From: an uncultured SAR86 cluster bacterium
GTDB lineage: Bacteria > Pseudomonadota > Gammaproteobacteria > Magnimaribacterales > D2472
Direction: 5' to 3'
NCBI GenBank assembly: GCA_902511575.1
Contig: CABXFU010000002.1
Location: 15,448 to 79,447 of the forward strand
DNA length: 64,000 nucleotides
The notes beneath the pieces were generated by a model. The model searched no databases, was not told the origin of the DNA, and saw nothing but the letters and a program-made list of their open reading frames with translations. The position numbers and the translations under genes are program-made. Of the stretch, positions 37,860 through 48,681 are shown piece after piece. Each line of letters opens with the position of its first letter. Position 1 is the stretch's first letter.

Positions 37860-38821
37860 TGATGCTATCTAATTCTTTGGGTCTACAGGCAAATGCAAAA
37901 AACCTAATTAACATCAATACACTTGATGATTTGTCTTTACTAGAAAAGCTAGGAGACGAAGAAATATTAATACTTGGTGCTGGTACCAATGTGATCTTAG
38001 GTGATTATTTTAATGGAACTGTTATTGCGGTTCACTTGAAAGGCATAGAAATTCGTGATGATTGTATTTCAGTCGGCGCTGGTGTTGATTGGGCTGACCT
38101 AATTGAATATTGTTTAATTAATAAACTTTATGGCATTGAAAATCTGACCCATATTCCAGGATCGGTTGGGGCTGCACCTGTGCAAAATATTGGCGCTTAT
38201 GGGGTTGAAATTAGCTCTTTTATTGATAGTGTTGAATGTTTTAATTTAACCAAAAAAAAACTTGAAACCTTAAATAATCATCAATGTCAGTTCAAATATA
38301 GGGAGTCAATATTTAAATTAAAAGATTTTGTTATTTTGAAAATTAATTTTGTATTTGATAAATCTTTCTCACCCAACCTAAGCTACCCATCATTAAATAA
38401 ATTTTTAAATGATCACTCAATAGATGTTACTTCTTTAACTCCAAGAATGCTTTCTGATTCAGTAAAAAATATTCGAAACTCTAAATTGCCTGATCCTAAG
38501 ATAGAGCCTAATGTTGGAAGTATCTTTAAAAATCCCATAGTGAGATCTCAAGATTTAGATAATGAATTCTTAGCTGGTCATAGGTGGGATCAGGTGGATG
38601 GATACACCAAACTCAGCTCAGCCCGACTCATAGAATTAATTGAGCCTGAATTAAAAATTCCTGATACTTTACGTTTATATGAGAATCATTCTCTTGTACT
38701 TATTAACAATGGTGAAGCTTCATTTGATGAGGTTATCTCTGTTCTCAATCAAATTAAATCAAAGATATTTAAAAAATTTAAAATAAAATTAGAAATAGAG
38801 CCTGAGATTATTTCATCATGA
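37856..38821 (+). CDS. murB: UDP-N-acetylenolpyruvoylglucosamine reductase
   Basis: FAD-binding LILGAGTNVIL, IPGSVGAAPVQNIGAYG, KYRES, GSIFKNP. Confidence 0.88.
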   Translation: MMMLSNSLGLQANAKNLININTLDDLSLLEKLGDEEILILGAGTNVILGDYFNGTVIAVHLKGIEIRDDCISVGAGVDWADLIEYCLINKLYGIENLTHIPGSVGAAPVQNIGAYGVEISSFIDSVECFNLTKKKLETLNNHQCQFKYRESIFKLKDFVILKINFVFDKSFSPNLSYPSLNKFLNDHSIDVTSLTPRMLSDSVKNIRNSKLPDPKIEPNVGSIFKNPIVRSQDLDNEFLAGHRWDQVDGYTKLSSARLIELIEPELKIPDTLRLYENHSLVLINNGEASFDEVISVLNQIKSKIFKKFKIKLEIEPEIISS

Positions 38822-39426
38822 TGTTTTTTTCAGCAGCCTTAGCTCATTTGTTAGCTGTAATGTCACCTGGTCCAGATACTGCCATTATTTTTCATCAATC
38901 ATTAGTTAAAGGCAGAGCTCAGGGAATTCTTACCGCTCTAGGCATTGGTTTTGGTATATTTATTCACTGTTTTTTTGCCATTTCTGGAATCTCATTATTG
39001 ATTTATAGCTCTGAGGAAGCTAAATTTTTTATTAAATGCATTGGGGCATTTTATTTGCTATATCTTGGACTCAGCTTTTTGATTTCAAAAAAGTCATCTA
39101 AGCCAGATGAGTCAAAGGTCTTATTCAAAAATCCTTTTGTTATTGGCTTGGTAACTAATTTATTAAATGTGAAAGCATTTCTGTTTACCGTTTCCTTGTT
39201 CTCTTTTATAAATCTTGATTCAAATACATTGATGTCGTTAATCTATTTATTCTATTTTCCACTAACTACTGCGGCATGGTTTTCCTTCGTCAGCTATGCA
39301 TTAACTCATCATTCAATGGGTGATATTTTTAATAAGCATTCTGATAATATCCAATTTGCTTCTTCAGCATTTATTGCTGGATTAGGATTATTTATTTTGC
39401 TTCAAGCTTTATATGGACTTCGCTGA
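38818..39426 (+). CDS. LysE/RhtB-family amino-acid exporter
   Basis: N-terminal MSPGPD motif, 6 TM segments, 202 aa. Confidence 0.8.
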   Translation: MMFFSAALAHLLAVMSPGPDTAIIFHQSLVKGRAQGILTALGIGFGIFIHCFFAISGISLLIYSSEEAKFFIKCIGAFYLLYLGLSFLISKKSSKPDESKVLFKNPFVIGLVTNLLNVKAFLFTVSLFSFINLDSNTLMSLIYLFYFPLTTAAWFSFVSYALTHHSMGDIFNKHSDNIQFASSAFIAGLGLFILLQALYGLR

Positions 39427-39955
39427 TTTATTGAACTCTGTTAACTCAATTGAGGAGAAATATCCTCCTGTGCATCTTTGGGATCCAGATTTGTGTGAGG
39501 GTGTAGAGATGAAAATTGATAGGGAGGGCAATTGGTTTTATCAAGGTTCGATTATTGGCAGGGATAAATTAAAGATTTTATTTTCAAGAATTTTAAAACT
39601 CGAAGATGGTAAATATTATTTGGTTACACCTGTTGAAAAAGTACCTGTAAAAGTAGATTTAGCTCCTTACAAGATCATTGATTATGAGGTTGACTCAGAT
39701 AACAAAAATATTATCCTAAAAACAAATTTAGATTTATCCATACCCCTTGATAAAGATCATAAACTAGAACTTAAGAAAATAGGCGATGAGCATATTCCCT
39801 TTGTTCATGTAAGAAATAATTTAGAGGGCTTTATCTCTCGCTCTGTCTACTATTCACTAATAGATATAGCTCTTAAGCAAGACAATAATTCAAAAGAATT
39901 ATTAACTCTTCAAAGCTTCGATTGCTTCTTTGCATTGGGTGAGATGAGAGACTAA
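39413..39955 (+). CDS. DUF1285 family protein
   Basis: WDPDLCEGVEMKIDREGNWFYQGSIIGRDKLKILFSRIL...YYLVTPVEKVPVKV matches the family pattern. Confidence 0.7.
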   Translation: MDFADLLNSVNSIEEKYPPVHLWDPDLCEGVEMKIDREGNWFYQGSIIGRDKLKILFSRILKLEDGKYYLVTPVEKVPVKVDLAPYKIIDYEVDSDNKNIILKTNLDLSIPLDKDHKLELKKIGDEHIPFVHVRNNLEGFISRSVYYSLIDIALKQDNNSKELLTLQSFDCFFALGEMRD

Positions 39956-41691
39956 TTTAATTCTTGCTCAATCCACTGATTAATATATTCTTCTAGAATA
40001 TCTAGTGGTAGGGCGCCTCTTTTTAGCACTTCATGATGAAAGTCTTTGATATCAAAATCTTCACCTAATTGAGATTCAGCTTTTGCTCTAAGTTCAAGTA
40101 TTTTTAATTGGCCAATTTTATATGCCAATGCTTGTCCAGGCCAATTAATGTACCTGTCTACCTCATTCATAACATCCTGTTTGGTTTTTGCAGAATTATC
40201 TAAAAAATAATTAATAGCATCTTGTCTGCTCCAATCAAAGTAGTGCATTCCTGTATCTACAACAAGTCTAATTGCTCTCCACATATCATAGGTCAATTGC
40301 CCAAATTTGGAATAAGGATCCTTGTATAACCCAAGATCATAACCAAGCCTTTCACTGTATAGCCCCCAACCTTCAACAAAGGCAGTGATGCCTCCATATT
40401 TTCTAAAGTTTGGTAGATCTAACTCCATTGCTAGTGCTATCTGCAAATGATGACCAGGCATTGCCTCATGAACGCTTAAAACTTCTATTTCATATTTTGG
40501 TCTAACTTCAGGTCGGTATAAATTGACATAATAATAGCCTGCTCGAGATCCATCAGCAGCCGGTCTCTGATAATAGGCTGTTGTTGTATCGGGTGCACTT
40601 TCCATTGGAATGGGTTTTAAACCATATGGCATAGATGGCAGCACTTTAAAAAGTTTTACTAGCTCTGGATCAATTCTTTTTGAGGTTGCTAGATATGACT
40701 CAAAAAGCTCTTCAGAAGTCTCATAGTAGAACTTAGGATTGGTACGTAAGTCATCTAGAAATGATTTAAACGTTCCATCCCATTTAACCTCTTTAATAAT
40801 GGCATCCATTTCATCTCTTATTCTTGCCACTTCAGTTAATCCAATTTCATGTATTTCTTGAGGAGTTAGATTTGTGGTTGTAAATTTTCTTGCTAAAAAT
40901 TCATAGTATTCTTTACCATTTTTAATTTCTTTAATACCAATAGATGTCCTGCAGGCTGGAAGATACTCATCCTTAAAAAATCTATGAAGTTTTATATAAG
41001 CTGGAATAACATTTGATTTAATAACAGTAAGAGCTTTTTTCTGAATCTCTTCTGTCTCTAGACTATCAATCGATCTATCCATCTCAAGAAAGACTCTATA
41101 AAAAGGGCTATCCTTTGGCTCTATAAAAGCTTGAAGCTCTATTTGCTTATAAACTTTTTGCATGAGAAATCTCGGAGGGACGATTTCCTCAGCTATACCT
41201 ATTTTTGCTTTTTCAATTGCCGCATCTACTAATACATCTATCTTTGAAATTCTTTCTATCCAATCTAAGTAGTGTTGCTTATTTCTAAGGGGTACTATGC
41301 TAGTAGTTTCGTGCTGCAGCTGAATGCCGCCTCTATGACTAAATGGAATTAAAAAGGTTTTATAGGTATGAGATTCTATGGAATTCTCATACTGTTGTTT
41401 GAACAATAAGTAATTCACTTTATTATCTTCGGTGAAATCACTTGCATCTAGACCATCTAATAGATTAAGGACACCTAATTGATGTTGATGCTTTGTGTAA
41501 ATATTTTCGACTGAAGTATCAGACCATTCAGTATTTCGACTGAGATCACCCATGCTTGAAGCATAAACAGGGTTGTCATTAACAATTTTAGACCACTCAG
41601 AATCAAGCAGCGACTCAAACTTAATTTGCGAGGATTCAGATGAACAACCAGCGAGTAAAACTATAAATGCAATTAATTTGAAATTGTTCAT
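39952..41691 (-). CDS. DUF885 family lipoprotein (putative metallopeptidase-like)
   Basis: Lipobox LLAGCS and the HEAMPGHHLQ motif typical of DUF885. Length is 579 aa. Confidence 0.75.
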   Translation of the reverse strand: MNNFKLIAFIVLLAGCSSESSQIKFESLLDSEWSKIVNDNPVYASSMGDLSRNTEWSDTSVENIYTKHQHQLGVLNLLDGLDASDFTEDNKVNYLLFKQQYENSIESHTYKTFLIPFSHRGGIQLQHETTSIVPLRNKQHYLDWIERISKIDVLVDAAIEKAKIGIAEEIVPPRFLMQKVYKQIELQAFIEPKDSPFYRVFLEMDRSIDSLETEEIQKKALTVIKSNVIPAYIKLHRFFKDEYLPACRTSIGIKEIKNGKEYYEFLARKFTTTNLTPQEIHEIGLTEVARIRDEMDAIIKEVKWDGTFKSFLDDLRTNPKFYYETSEELFESYLATSKRIDPELVKLFKVLPSMPYGLKPIPMESAPDTTTAYYQRPAADGSRAGYYYVNLYRPEVRPKYEIEVLSVHEAMPGHHLQIALAMELDLPNFRKYGGITAFVEGWGLYSERLGYDLGLYKDPYSKFGQLTYDMWRAIRLVVDTGMHYFDWSRQDAINYFLDNSAKTKQDVMNEVDRYINWPGQALAYKIGQLKILELRAKAESQLGEDFDIKDFHHEVLKRGALPLDILEEYINQWIEQELN

Positions 41692-43316
41692 TACATATTT
41701 GGATAATTTGGGCCGCCAGTTCCCTCAGGTGTGACCCAGGTTATATTCTGTGATGGGTCTTTAATATCGCACGTTTTGCAATGCACACAGTTTTGTCCAT
41801 TAATCACAAATTCTGGACCTGAATCTTTTTCAACAACCTCATAAACACCGGCAGGGCAATATCTTTGAGCTGGCTCTGCATACATTGGAAGATTTTGTAG
41901 AATAGGAATAGAAGAATCTTTTAATGTTAAATGACAAGGTTGATCTTCTTCATGATAGGTATTAGAAAGAAAAACACTGCTTAATTTATCAAAGCTAATT
42001 TTTCCATCTGGTTTTGGATACTCTATCACTGGCATCTCAGCTGCAGGTTTCAAGCAAGCATAATCTGGTGTTGTGTGGTGCAAGGTAAAAGGTAAATTAC
42101 CTCTAAAAATAAGTTGATCAATAGCATTAAAAGCTGCTCCAATCAACGCTCCAAATTTATGAAACATTGGACCAAAGTTCCTAGATTTATAAAGCTCTGT
42201 ATGTATCCAACTATTTACAACCATTTCATCAAAGTGGAGGGCATTTTCAGATTCAAGATTATTAAAAATTGCTTCTGCGGCGAGCATTCCAGATTTCATT
42301 GCGGTATGAGAGCCTTTGATTTTTGAAAAGTTAAGTGTCCCAGCATTATCACCGACCAATACTCCACCAGGGAATTCCATACTAGGCAATGATTGAATTC
42401 CACCCTTAATTAATGCTCTTGCACCATAGGTTAATCTTTCACCACCCTCTAAATATGGTTTGATCGATGGATGAGTTTTCCAAGTTTGAAATTCGTCAAA
42501 AGGACTTAAATGTGGGTTTTCATAATCAAGAGGAACCACATAACCAAGATATACTTCATTATTATCAGCATGATATAAATAAGAGCCTGCGGGAGTATTT
42601 TTAGCACTAGGCCAACCATTGGTATGAATTACTAATCCTTCTTCGTGAACCTCATCTTTAACTTTCCATACTTCTTTAAAACCAATTCCATAATGTTGTG
42701 GATCTTTGTCTTTATCTAATTCAAACTTAGCGATAAGTTGTTTTCCAAGATGGCCTCTACATCCCTCACCAAATATTGTGTACTTAGCTTTAATATCAAT
42801 CCCTGCTTCGAACCCAGGTTTTTCTTCGCCATTTAGTCCAACTCCCATATCACCTGTTCTGACACCAACAACTTTATCATTTTCATAGAGAATCTCGCTT
42901 GCAGGAAATCCAGGAAATATTTCTATTCCTAGATCTTCAGCTTGAGCTGCAAGCCATCGACAAAGGTTACCCAAACTAGTTACATAGTTTCCGTGATTGT
43001 TCATTGGAGGCATAACAAAGGAGGGAATAGAGATTCCAAATTTTTCAAATAAAAACATTAACTTATCTTTCTTAACTGGAACATTTAATGGGCAGTTTTT
43101 ATCCTTCCAGTCTGGAATTAATTCATTAAGTGCGGTTGGTTGAAAGACATTACCTGAAAGAATATGAGCTCCAATTTCAGATCCTTTTTCAAGCAAGCAT
43201 ATTTCTAGAGGTTTATTATTTTCTTTTGATAGTTGTGCTAGTTTTATGGCAGCGCTGAGCCCCGACGGACCGCCTCCGACTATCACTACATCGTATTCCA
43301 TTACTTCTCTTTCCAT
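41691..43316 (-). CDS. electron-transfer flavoprotein:ubiquinone oxidoreductase (ETF-QO)
   Basis: VVIVGGGPSGLSAAIKL, C-terminal 4Fe-4S CPAGVYE...NCVHCKTCDIKDP. AGGGAG lies upstream of ATG 43316. Confidence 0.92.
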   Translation of the reverse strand: MEREVMEYDVVIVGGGPSGLSAAIKLAQLSKENNKPLEICLLEKGSEIGAHILSGNVFQPTALNELIPDWKDKNCPLNVPVKKDKLMFLFEKFGISIPSFVMPPMNNHGNYVTSLGNLCRWLAAQAEDLGIEIFPGFPASEILYENDKVVGVRTGDMGVGLNGEEKPGFEAGIDIKAKYTIFGEGCRGHLGKQLIAKFELDKDKDPQHYGIGFKEVWKVKDEVHEEGLVIHTNGWPSAKNTPAGSYLYHADNNEVYLGYVVPLDYENPHLSPFDEFQTWKTHPSIKPYLEGGERLTYGARALIKGGIQSLPSMEFPGGVLVGDNAGTLNFSKIKGSHTAMKSGMLAAEAIFNNLESENALHFDEMVVNSWIHTELYKSRNFGPMFHKFGALIGAAFNAIDQLIFRGNLPFTLHHTTPDYACLKPAAEMPVIEYPKPDGKISFDKLSSVFLSNTYHEEDQPCHLTLKDSSIPILQNLPMYAEPAQRYCPAGVYEVVEKDSGPEFVINGQNCVHCKTCDIKDPSQNITWVTPEGTGGPNYPNM

Positions 43317-43458
43317 GAGTTAGCTCCCTCTTTTTTTAGTGGTAAAAAAACATTACAATTATATCCCTTACATAATCATCGAACGAATATTATTATATTA
43401 AAAATTGATAATAAATTATAACTAAATATAATAGTATCAAAATTAACGAGCCCTATAT

Positions 43459-44211
43459 ATGAAAATAGTAGTACCCATAAAACGCGTTGTAGATTATAAC
43501 GTGAAAGTTAGACCTCTTGGAGATCAATCAGATGTTGATCTTAATAATGTAAAAATGGCCATGAATCCTTTTTGTGAAATAGCTATTGAAGAAGCTGTGA
43601 GATTAAAAGAGGCTGGCACGGCTACTGAAGTTATTGCCGTAACGGTTGGTAAGACAGACTCTCAAGAGCAGTTAAGAACTGCATTAGCCTTAGGCGCGGA
43701 TAGAGCGATATTGGTTGAAACAGACTCACTGCTTGAACCCCTAGCAATTGCAAAAGCATTAGCAAAAGTTATTGAGGCTGAATCACCTCAGCTTGTAATA
43801 CTTGGTAAGCAAGCTATTGACGGAGATAACAATCAGACAGGCCAGATGCTTGCAGCCCTATTAAATTACGGTCAAGCAACATTTGCTTCAGAAATATCTA
43901 TTGAAAGAGATTCCGCTTCTGTTACTCGTGAAATCGATGGTGGTCTGCAAACTATTCAAGTTTCACTTCCAGCCATTATTACAACTGATCTGCGATTGAA
44001 TGAACCGCGTTATGCATCATTGCCCAATATTATGAAAGCAAAGAAAAAAGAATTAGATGTTCAACCAATCGATGCTATGGGCATAGATACCGCACCTCGT
44101 ATGGAATTACTTTCGGTTGAATTGCCAGCAGCAAGACAAGAGGGCATCAAGGTTGAGTCAATTGAAGAATTAGTCAGTAAATTAAAAAATGAAGCAAAGG
44201 TGATTTCATGA
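43459..44211 (+). CDS. etfB: electron transfer flavoprotein beta subunit
   Basis: [18 protein letters not shown]...[12 protein letters not shown]...[16 protein letters not shown]. Confidence 0.93.
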   Translation: MKIVVPIKRVVDYNVKVRPLGDQSDVDLNNVKMAMNPFCEIAIEEAVRLKEAGTATEVIAVTVGKTDSQEQLRTALALGADRAILVETDSLLEPLAIAKALAKVIEAESPQLVILGKQAIDGDNNQTGQMLAALLNYGQATFASEISIERDSASVTREIDGGLQTIQVSLPAIITTDLRLNEPRYASLPNIMKAKKKELDVQPIDAMGIDTAPRMELLSVELPAARQEGIKVESIEELVSKLKNEAKVIS

Positions 44212-45137
44212 GTACATTAGTTATAGCAGAACACGATAATACTAACCTTAAGCCTGCAACACTTAACACTGTAGCAGCAGCAAATGTAATTGGTGGTGCA
44301 GTTCACATACTTGTAATAGGTAATGCCTGTCAATCTGTTGCAGATGAAGCTGCGGCCGTAGAAGGTGTTGAAAAAGTTATACTTGCTGATGACTCTGCAT
44401 ATGAAAATCAATTGGCAGAAAGTACAGCAAATTTAATTAAGTCAATTTCGGCAAATTATTCTCACATTCTTGCTCCAGCAACAACTTTCGGGAAGAATGT
44501 CTTACCCAGACTAAGTGCACTTCTTGATGTTCAGCAAATTTCTGAAATCACTGAAGTTGTATCAGACGATACTTTTAAACGACCCATATATGCTGGTAGC
44601 TGCATAGCGACAGTTAAATCGAGCGATTCAATAAAAGTTATTACCGTAAGAGCTACTGCTTTTGATCCAGTAAATGCTTCCGGTGGATCTGCATCTATTG
44701 AAACAATGTCTGCTGATGGAGTTTCTGACCTATCTTCATTTGTAAATGAAGAGATTGCTCAAAGTGATCGACCAGAACTTACTGCTGCAAGTATTGTCAT
44801 TTCTGGTGGACGAGGCATGCAATCAGGAGATAATTTTCATCTCTTGGAAACTATTGCTGACAAGCTTGGGGCTGCAGTTGGGGCTTCAAGGGCTGCTGTA
44901 GATGCAGGATTTGTTCCAAATGACTATCAAGTTGGTCAAACAGGAAAAATTGTTGCACCAGACTTATATATTGCAGTTGGCATTAGTGGGGCTATTCAGC
45001 ATTTAGCTGGAATGAAAGATTCAAAAGTTATAGTTGCAATAAATAAGGATGAAGATGCACCGATTTTTCAAGTAGCTGATTATGGCTTGGTTGCTGACTT
45101 GTTTAACGCTTTACCTGAGCTAGCTGAACAGTTATAA
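44208..45137 (+). CDS. etfA: electron transfer flavoprotein alpha subunit
   Basis: [53 protein letters not shown]. Confidence 0.93.
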   Translation: MSTLVIAEHDNTNLKPATLNTVAAANVIGGAVHILVIGNACQSVADEAAAVEGVEKVILADDSAYENQLAESTANLIKSISANYSHILAPATTFGKNVLPRLSALLDVQQISEITEVVSDDTFKRPIYAGSCIATVKSSDSIKVITVRATAFDPVNASGGSASIETMSADGVSDLSSFVNEEIAQSDRPELTAASIVISGGRGMQSGDNFHLLETIADKLGAAVGASRAAVDAGFVPNDYQVGQTGKIVAPDLYIAVGISGAIQHLAGMKDSKVIVAINKDEDAPIFQVADYGLVADLFNALPELAEQL

Positions 45138-45138
45138 A

Positions 45139-46245
45139 CTACTGATTTGTAGTTAAATTTTCTCCAAGCCTGTTAATATTTTGGCTGGATGAGCCGTTAA
45201 TGAGTTCACATTCTTTAGCCAACAAACAGTATCTCCATAGGACGTAATCTTTATCCACTCCCATCCCACCATGTAGGTGTTGAGCTGAGTAACTTATTTT
45301 ATGACACGCATTACCAGCCCAGATCTTAGATACTAAAGCGTCATTTTCACAATCAAGGTTAGTATTTAAGTTTATAGATGCCTGTTGATTTACAAGCCTT
45401 AAGCATTCAAGCTCTATAAAACAATCTGCAGCTCTATGCGATACAGCTTGAAAAGTTCCGATCAATCTTCCGAATTGTTCTCTCTCAGATGTATATCCCG
45501 CTATCAATGATGTCATTTTTTCAGTCACACCTAGCGCAATATAACTTCTCATCACCATGTTTAACTGAATGAGATATTTTAAAGCCTCCAAACCTCGGCC
45601 TTTTTCATGAATAATAGATTCTCTGTCTACACTAACAGAATCTAATTCAACCTTAAAAAGAGGGGAGTTAGCAGTGCTAGTTAACTCCGTTAATTTTACT
45701 TGATCTGTATCAACTAGAACCAATAAAACACCCTCATTTGAGCTAGCCGAAATGAGAATACTTTTAGCAATTGAGGCTATTTCAGATAAATATTTCGTTC
45801 CCGAAATTACTACTTGATTATTTTCTATTGTAGCTGTGGTAATTGGATTTTCAGGATCTTGGTTTGAGGGTTCTAAAATTGCTGAGGTGTAGATTTCACC
45901 TGCAATAATTGAGCCGAGTATTTTATTGCAAGATTCTTCTTTGCTAAATTTCTGTATTGTTTGAGCTACATCTGCCAAACAGCCACTTAAACTCAATGGC
46001 GCAGCATGATATCCAAGACGCTCAAATAATATACCTAGATCATACAAATCTTCTCCGCTGCCGCCGTATTTTTCATTTAGACCTAATCCTAAAAAACCAT
46101 TGCTAGACAACAGAGAAAGTAAACTTTCATCATGTTTATAGTTTGCATCATATTCTTTTAAGCGTTCTTGCGAGCAATGCTCGCTGAGAATCTTATCCAA
46201 TGAATCCCTTATTTCAGTTTGATGTGATAGCTCGGAAAAATCCAT
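45139..46245 (-). CDS. acyl-CoA dehydrogenase family protein, small/second subunit of a tandem pair (PimD-like)
   Basis: ACAD fold: EREQFGRLIGTFQAVSHRAAD, QHLHGGMGV. The C-terminus lacks the YEG/GGTxE motif. Its start overlaps the upstream stop (TAATG). Confidence 0.82.
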   Translation of the reverse strand: MDFSELSHQTEIRDSLDKILSEHCSQERLKEYDANYKHDESLLSLLSSNGFLGLGLNEKYGGSGEDLYDLGILFERLGYHAAPLSLSGCLADVAQTIQKFSKEESCNKILGSIIAGEIYTSAILEPSNQDPENPITTATIENNQVVISGTKYLSEIASIAKSILISASSNEGVLLVLVDTDQVKLTELTSTANSPLFKVELDSVSVDRESIIHEKGRGLEALKYLIQLNMVMRSYIALGVTEKMTSLIAGYTSEREQFGRLIGTFQAVSHRAADCFIELECLRLVNQQASINLNTNLDCENDALVSKIWAGNACHKISYSAQHLHGGMGVDKDYVLWRYCLLAKECELINGSSSQNINRLGENLTTNQ

Positions 46246-47459
46246 TAGCGTGTCCTTGGCATTAACAATCCAGCCATGGCAATAATATCTCTTTGGACCT
46301 CATTGGTTCCGCCACCAAAAGTAAGAATTGAAGCAGTTCTGTACATGCGTTCAAGTCTCGCATTTAAGATTTTTAATTCAGAGTCATTTTTTAGTATGCT
46401 GAGCTCACCCATGATTTCCATCATGAGTCTGTAGGCCTCAATAAAAAATTCAGATCCATAGACTTTTGCAACAGATGCCTCAGCCATATTTAATTGACCT
46501 GATTCCATAATCCAAGTTTGTTTCCAGCAAATGAGTTTAAGAGCTTCAATGCCTGAGTGAACTTGAGCAAAGTTTTGTTTAACCCATGATAGGTCACTTA
46601 AATATTGATCATTATTGATTTTTGTAGATTGCGCAGTTTCTAAAACATCCTTATAAAGTTCTTCTACAGGCCCATGATTAACCAGCGCCAGGCGTTCTAA
46701 GTTGAGCTGGCTTGTTATTAATGACCAGCCCTGATTGAGCTCTCCAACTAGGTGAGTATCAGGCACGTTAATGTTGTCATAAAATGTTGCATTGGTTCTT
46801 ACATCTCCTAATGTATTTATTGCAGACATGGAAAATCCAGGATCATCTGTTGGAACAATGAACATTGAGATTCCTTTATGATTTTTTGCTTCAAAATCAG
46901 TCCTTGTTGCTAACCAAATATAGTCAGAGAAATTAGCTAAACTTGTCCACATCTTCTGACCATTGATTAGGTACCCATCAGTTTGTTTAATTGCTTTTGT
47001 TTGTAATGATGCCAAGTCAGTGCCTGAATTTGGTTCTGAGTATCCAATTCCAAAAATCAGCTCGCCTTTAAGAATCTTGGTTGCAATTTCTTCCTTTGCC
47101 CATGCAGAACCATGTTCTGCAATCATAGGACCAACAGATTCAGTAGTTAAAAAAGGGAAGGGGAAGCCAGTTCTCATGACTGTCTCTACAAAAATGTATT
47201 GCTCAATTGGACTTAACTCCTTTCCACCAAATTCTTTTTTCCAGCTTAAGCCTATCCAGCCATCAGACCCCATAGTTCTCATGGCCTTTTTAAACTCAGG
47301 TCCACCACCCTCGAAATACTCTGGCTGATTCAGCTCTGCTTTAAGAGCAGGCGTAATCAAGTCTTCAAAATATTCTTGAAGCTCATTTTTGAGTTTTATC
47401 TGTTTATTATTTAACTGTATTAACATTTTAGATCTTAGTATCTCATCTCCATTTCTCAA
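46245..47459 (-). CDS. acyl-CoA dehydrogenase family protein, large/first subunit of a tandem pair (PimC-like)
   Basis: GYSEPNSGTDLASLQTKA, NGQKMWTS, FGGGTNEVQRDII. The start could instead be ATG 47426. Confidence 0.85.
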   Translation of the reverse strand: MRNGDEILRSKMLIQLNNKQIKLKNELQEYFEDLITPALKAELNQPEYFEGGGPEFKKAMRTMGSDGWIGLSWKKEFGGKELSPIEQYIFVETVMRTGFPFPFLTTESVGPMIAEHGSAWAKEEIATKILKGELIFGIGYSEPNSGTDLASLQTKAIKQTDGYLINGQKMWTSLANFSDYIWLATRTDFEAKNHKGISMFIVPTDDPGFSMSAINTLGDVRTNATFYDNINVPDTHLVGELNQGWSLITSQLNLERLALVNHGPVEELYKDVLETAQSTKINNDQYLSDLSWVKQNFAQVHSGIEALKLICWKQTWIMESGQLNMAEASVAKVYGSEFFIEAYRLMMEIMGELSILKNDSELKILNARLERMYRTASILTFGGGTNEVQRDIIAMAGLLMPRTR

Positions 47460-47486
47460 GGCAATATCTTAGTGTATTATTTACCT

Positions 47487-47666
47487 ATGGCTAGCTACTC
47501 TCGAACAATGGACTTTCTTCACAAAAAGCTCTTGCAAGCTACCACAAAAGATCAAGAGGATAAAATAGTCGATTGGATGCTTGCCGAAGCGAAGCTTAAG
47601 CAGACTGCAGAAAAGAATAGTCAAAACATAACTTCTGTTAAAAATAAATCAAATAATACAGTTTAG
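47487..47666 (+). CDS. hypothetical small protein (weak call)
   Basis: 59-64 aa ORF (GTG 47472 or ATG 47487) between two minus-strand genes. GC is slightly higher than typical spacer. No SD and no family recognised. Confidence 0.3.
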   Translation: MASYSRTMDFLHKKLLQATTKDQEDKIVDWMLAEAKLKQTAEKNSQNITSVKNKSNNTV

Positions 47667-47673
47667 GATTATA

Positions 47674-48681
47674 CTATTTCAGCAATGCAACAACTTCTAA
47701 ATGTTGCGTATTAGCAAATTGATCAAAAATAGCAATCGATTCAATCTTTCTGTCTACCTTAACCATATCTCTTAGAAATGTTTCTGGATTGCATGAAATA
47801 TAAATCATGTTTTTAAATTGCCTTGATAGCTTGATTGTTTCAGCACTTAACCCAGCACGAGGTGGATCTACTAAAATATGACTGAATTCATAGGATTGCA
47901 TATCAATATTTTCTAGTCTTCTAAATGGCCGCTCATTAGCAAGTGCAGAAGCTGTTTCATCGTCAGAGAGCCTTGCTGTTTCAATATTGCAAAGATCATT
48001 TAGTTTGATAGATTCCTTTAAAAGTTTAATTGAATGACGGTTATTTTCAGTAGCAAAAACGTTATTAAATTTTGATGCCAATGGAAGAGTAAAGCCACCA
48101 CAGCCACAATACAGCTCCAGTAAATCCTTGGGATTCTTAAGTTGCCTGGTAATGAATGCAATCATTAAAGAGTAAAGATAAAAATTTGGTTGAAAAAAAA
48201 CCAAATCATTTTGTAAGATCTTAAAACTAGAGTTATCGTAATTGCAGATAACTTCTAGATCTTCTTCGCCAATTAATACTTTCTGTTTTTTGCTTCTTCC
48301 AATCACAGATAGATTTTTAAAATTATCTTGAATATCCTTAGCAGCTAAAATCCAGTCTTCTTCAAGTCGTTTATGGTAAATCAGTGTGGCCAATATTTTT
48401 GTTCCAGAGGTTCTAAAATTTATTTGAAATAATTTCTTTTGCAATACCTCAGATTCGTTAATTTTAGAAAGTAATTTTGGCATCAGCTGTTGAATGCATG
48501 GATGAGGGATTGATGAATTATCCATGAATATCTTCTGCTTATCTTCTACCATTGTGTAGGAGTGTTTACTAAATCCGAACTCCGCTCTTGCTCTATAACC
48601 AGTTGCTGGTGACAAATAAATTTCAGGTTTAATATCTGTGTAGTTGCTTAGTTCGTTATAGAATTTCGACAACTTATTCAT
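47674..48681 (-). CDS. trmA: tRNA (uracil54-C5)-methyltransferase
   Basis: SAM site LELYCGCGGFTLPLA, VDPPRAGL, catalytic Cys ISCNPETFLRD. Confidence 0.85.
   Translation of the reverse strand: MNKLSKFYNELSNYTDIKPEIYLSPATGYRARAEFGFSKHSYTMVEDKQKIFMDNSSIPHPCIQQLMPKLLSKINESEVLQKKLFQINFRTSGTKILATLIYHKRLEEDWILAAKDIQDNFKNLSVIGRSKKQKVLIGEEDLEVICNYDNSSFKILQNDLVFFQPNFYLYSLMIAFITRQLKNPKDLLELYCGCGGFTLPLASKFNNVFATENNRHSIKLLKESIKLNDLCNIETARLSDDETASALANERPFRRLENIDMQSYEFSHILVDPPRAGLSAETIKLSRQFKNMIYISCNPETFLRDMVKVDRKIESIAIFDQFANTQHLEVVALLK

Noticed and set aside
43331-43350. TTTTTTTA-gtgg-TAAAAAAA hairpin upstream of the ETF-QO start
   Set aside because: The stem is pure A/T with negligible stability and is most likely a compositional accident.
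46963-47328. 121-aa plus-strand ORF inside the ACAD gene (similar cases at 42114..42326, 42706..42888, 49929..50231, 51568..51759, 59407..59703 and 62719..62925)
   Set aside because: All are antisense shadow frames of motif-supported genes.
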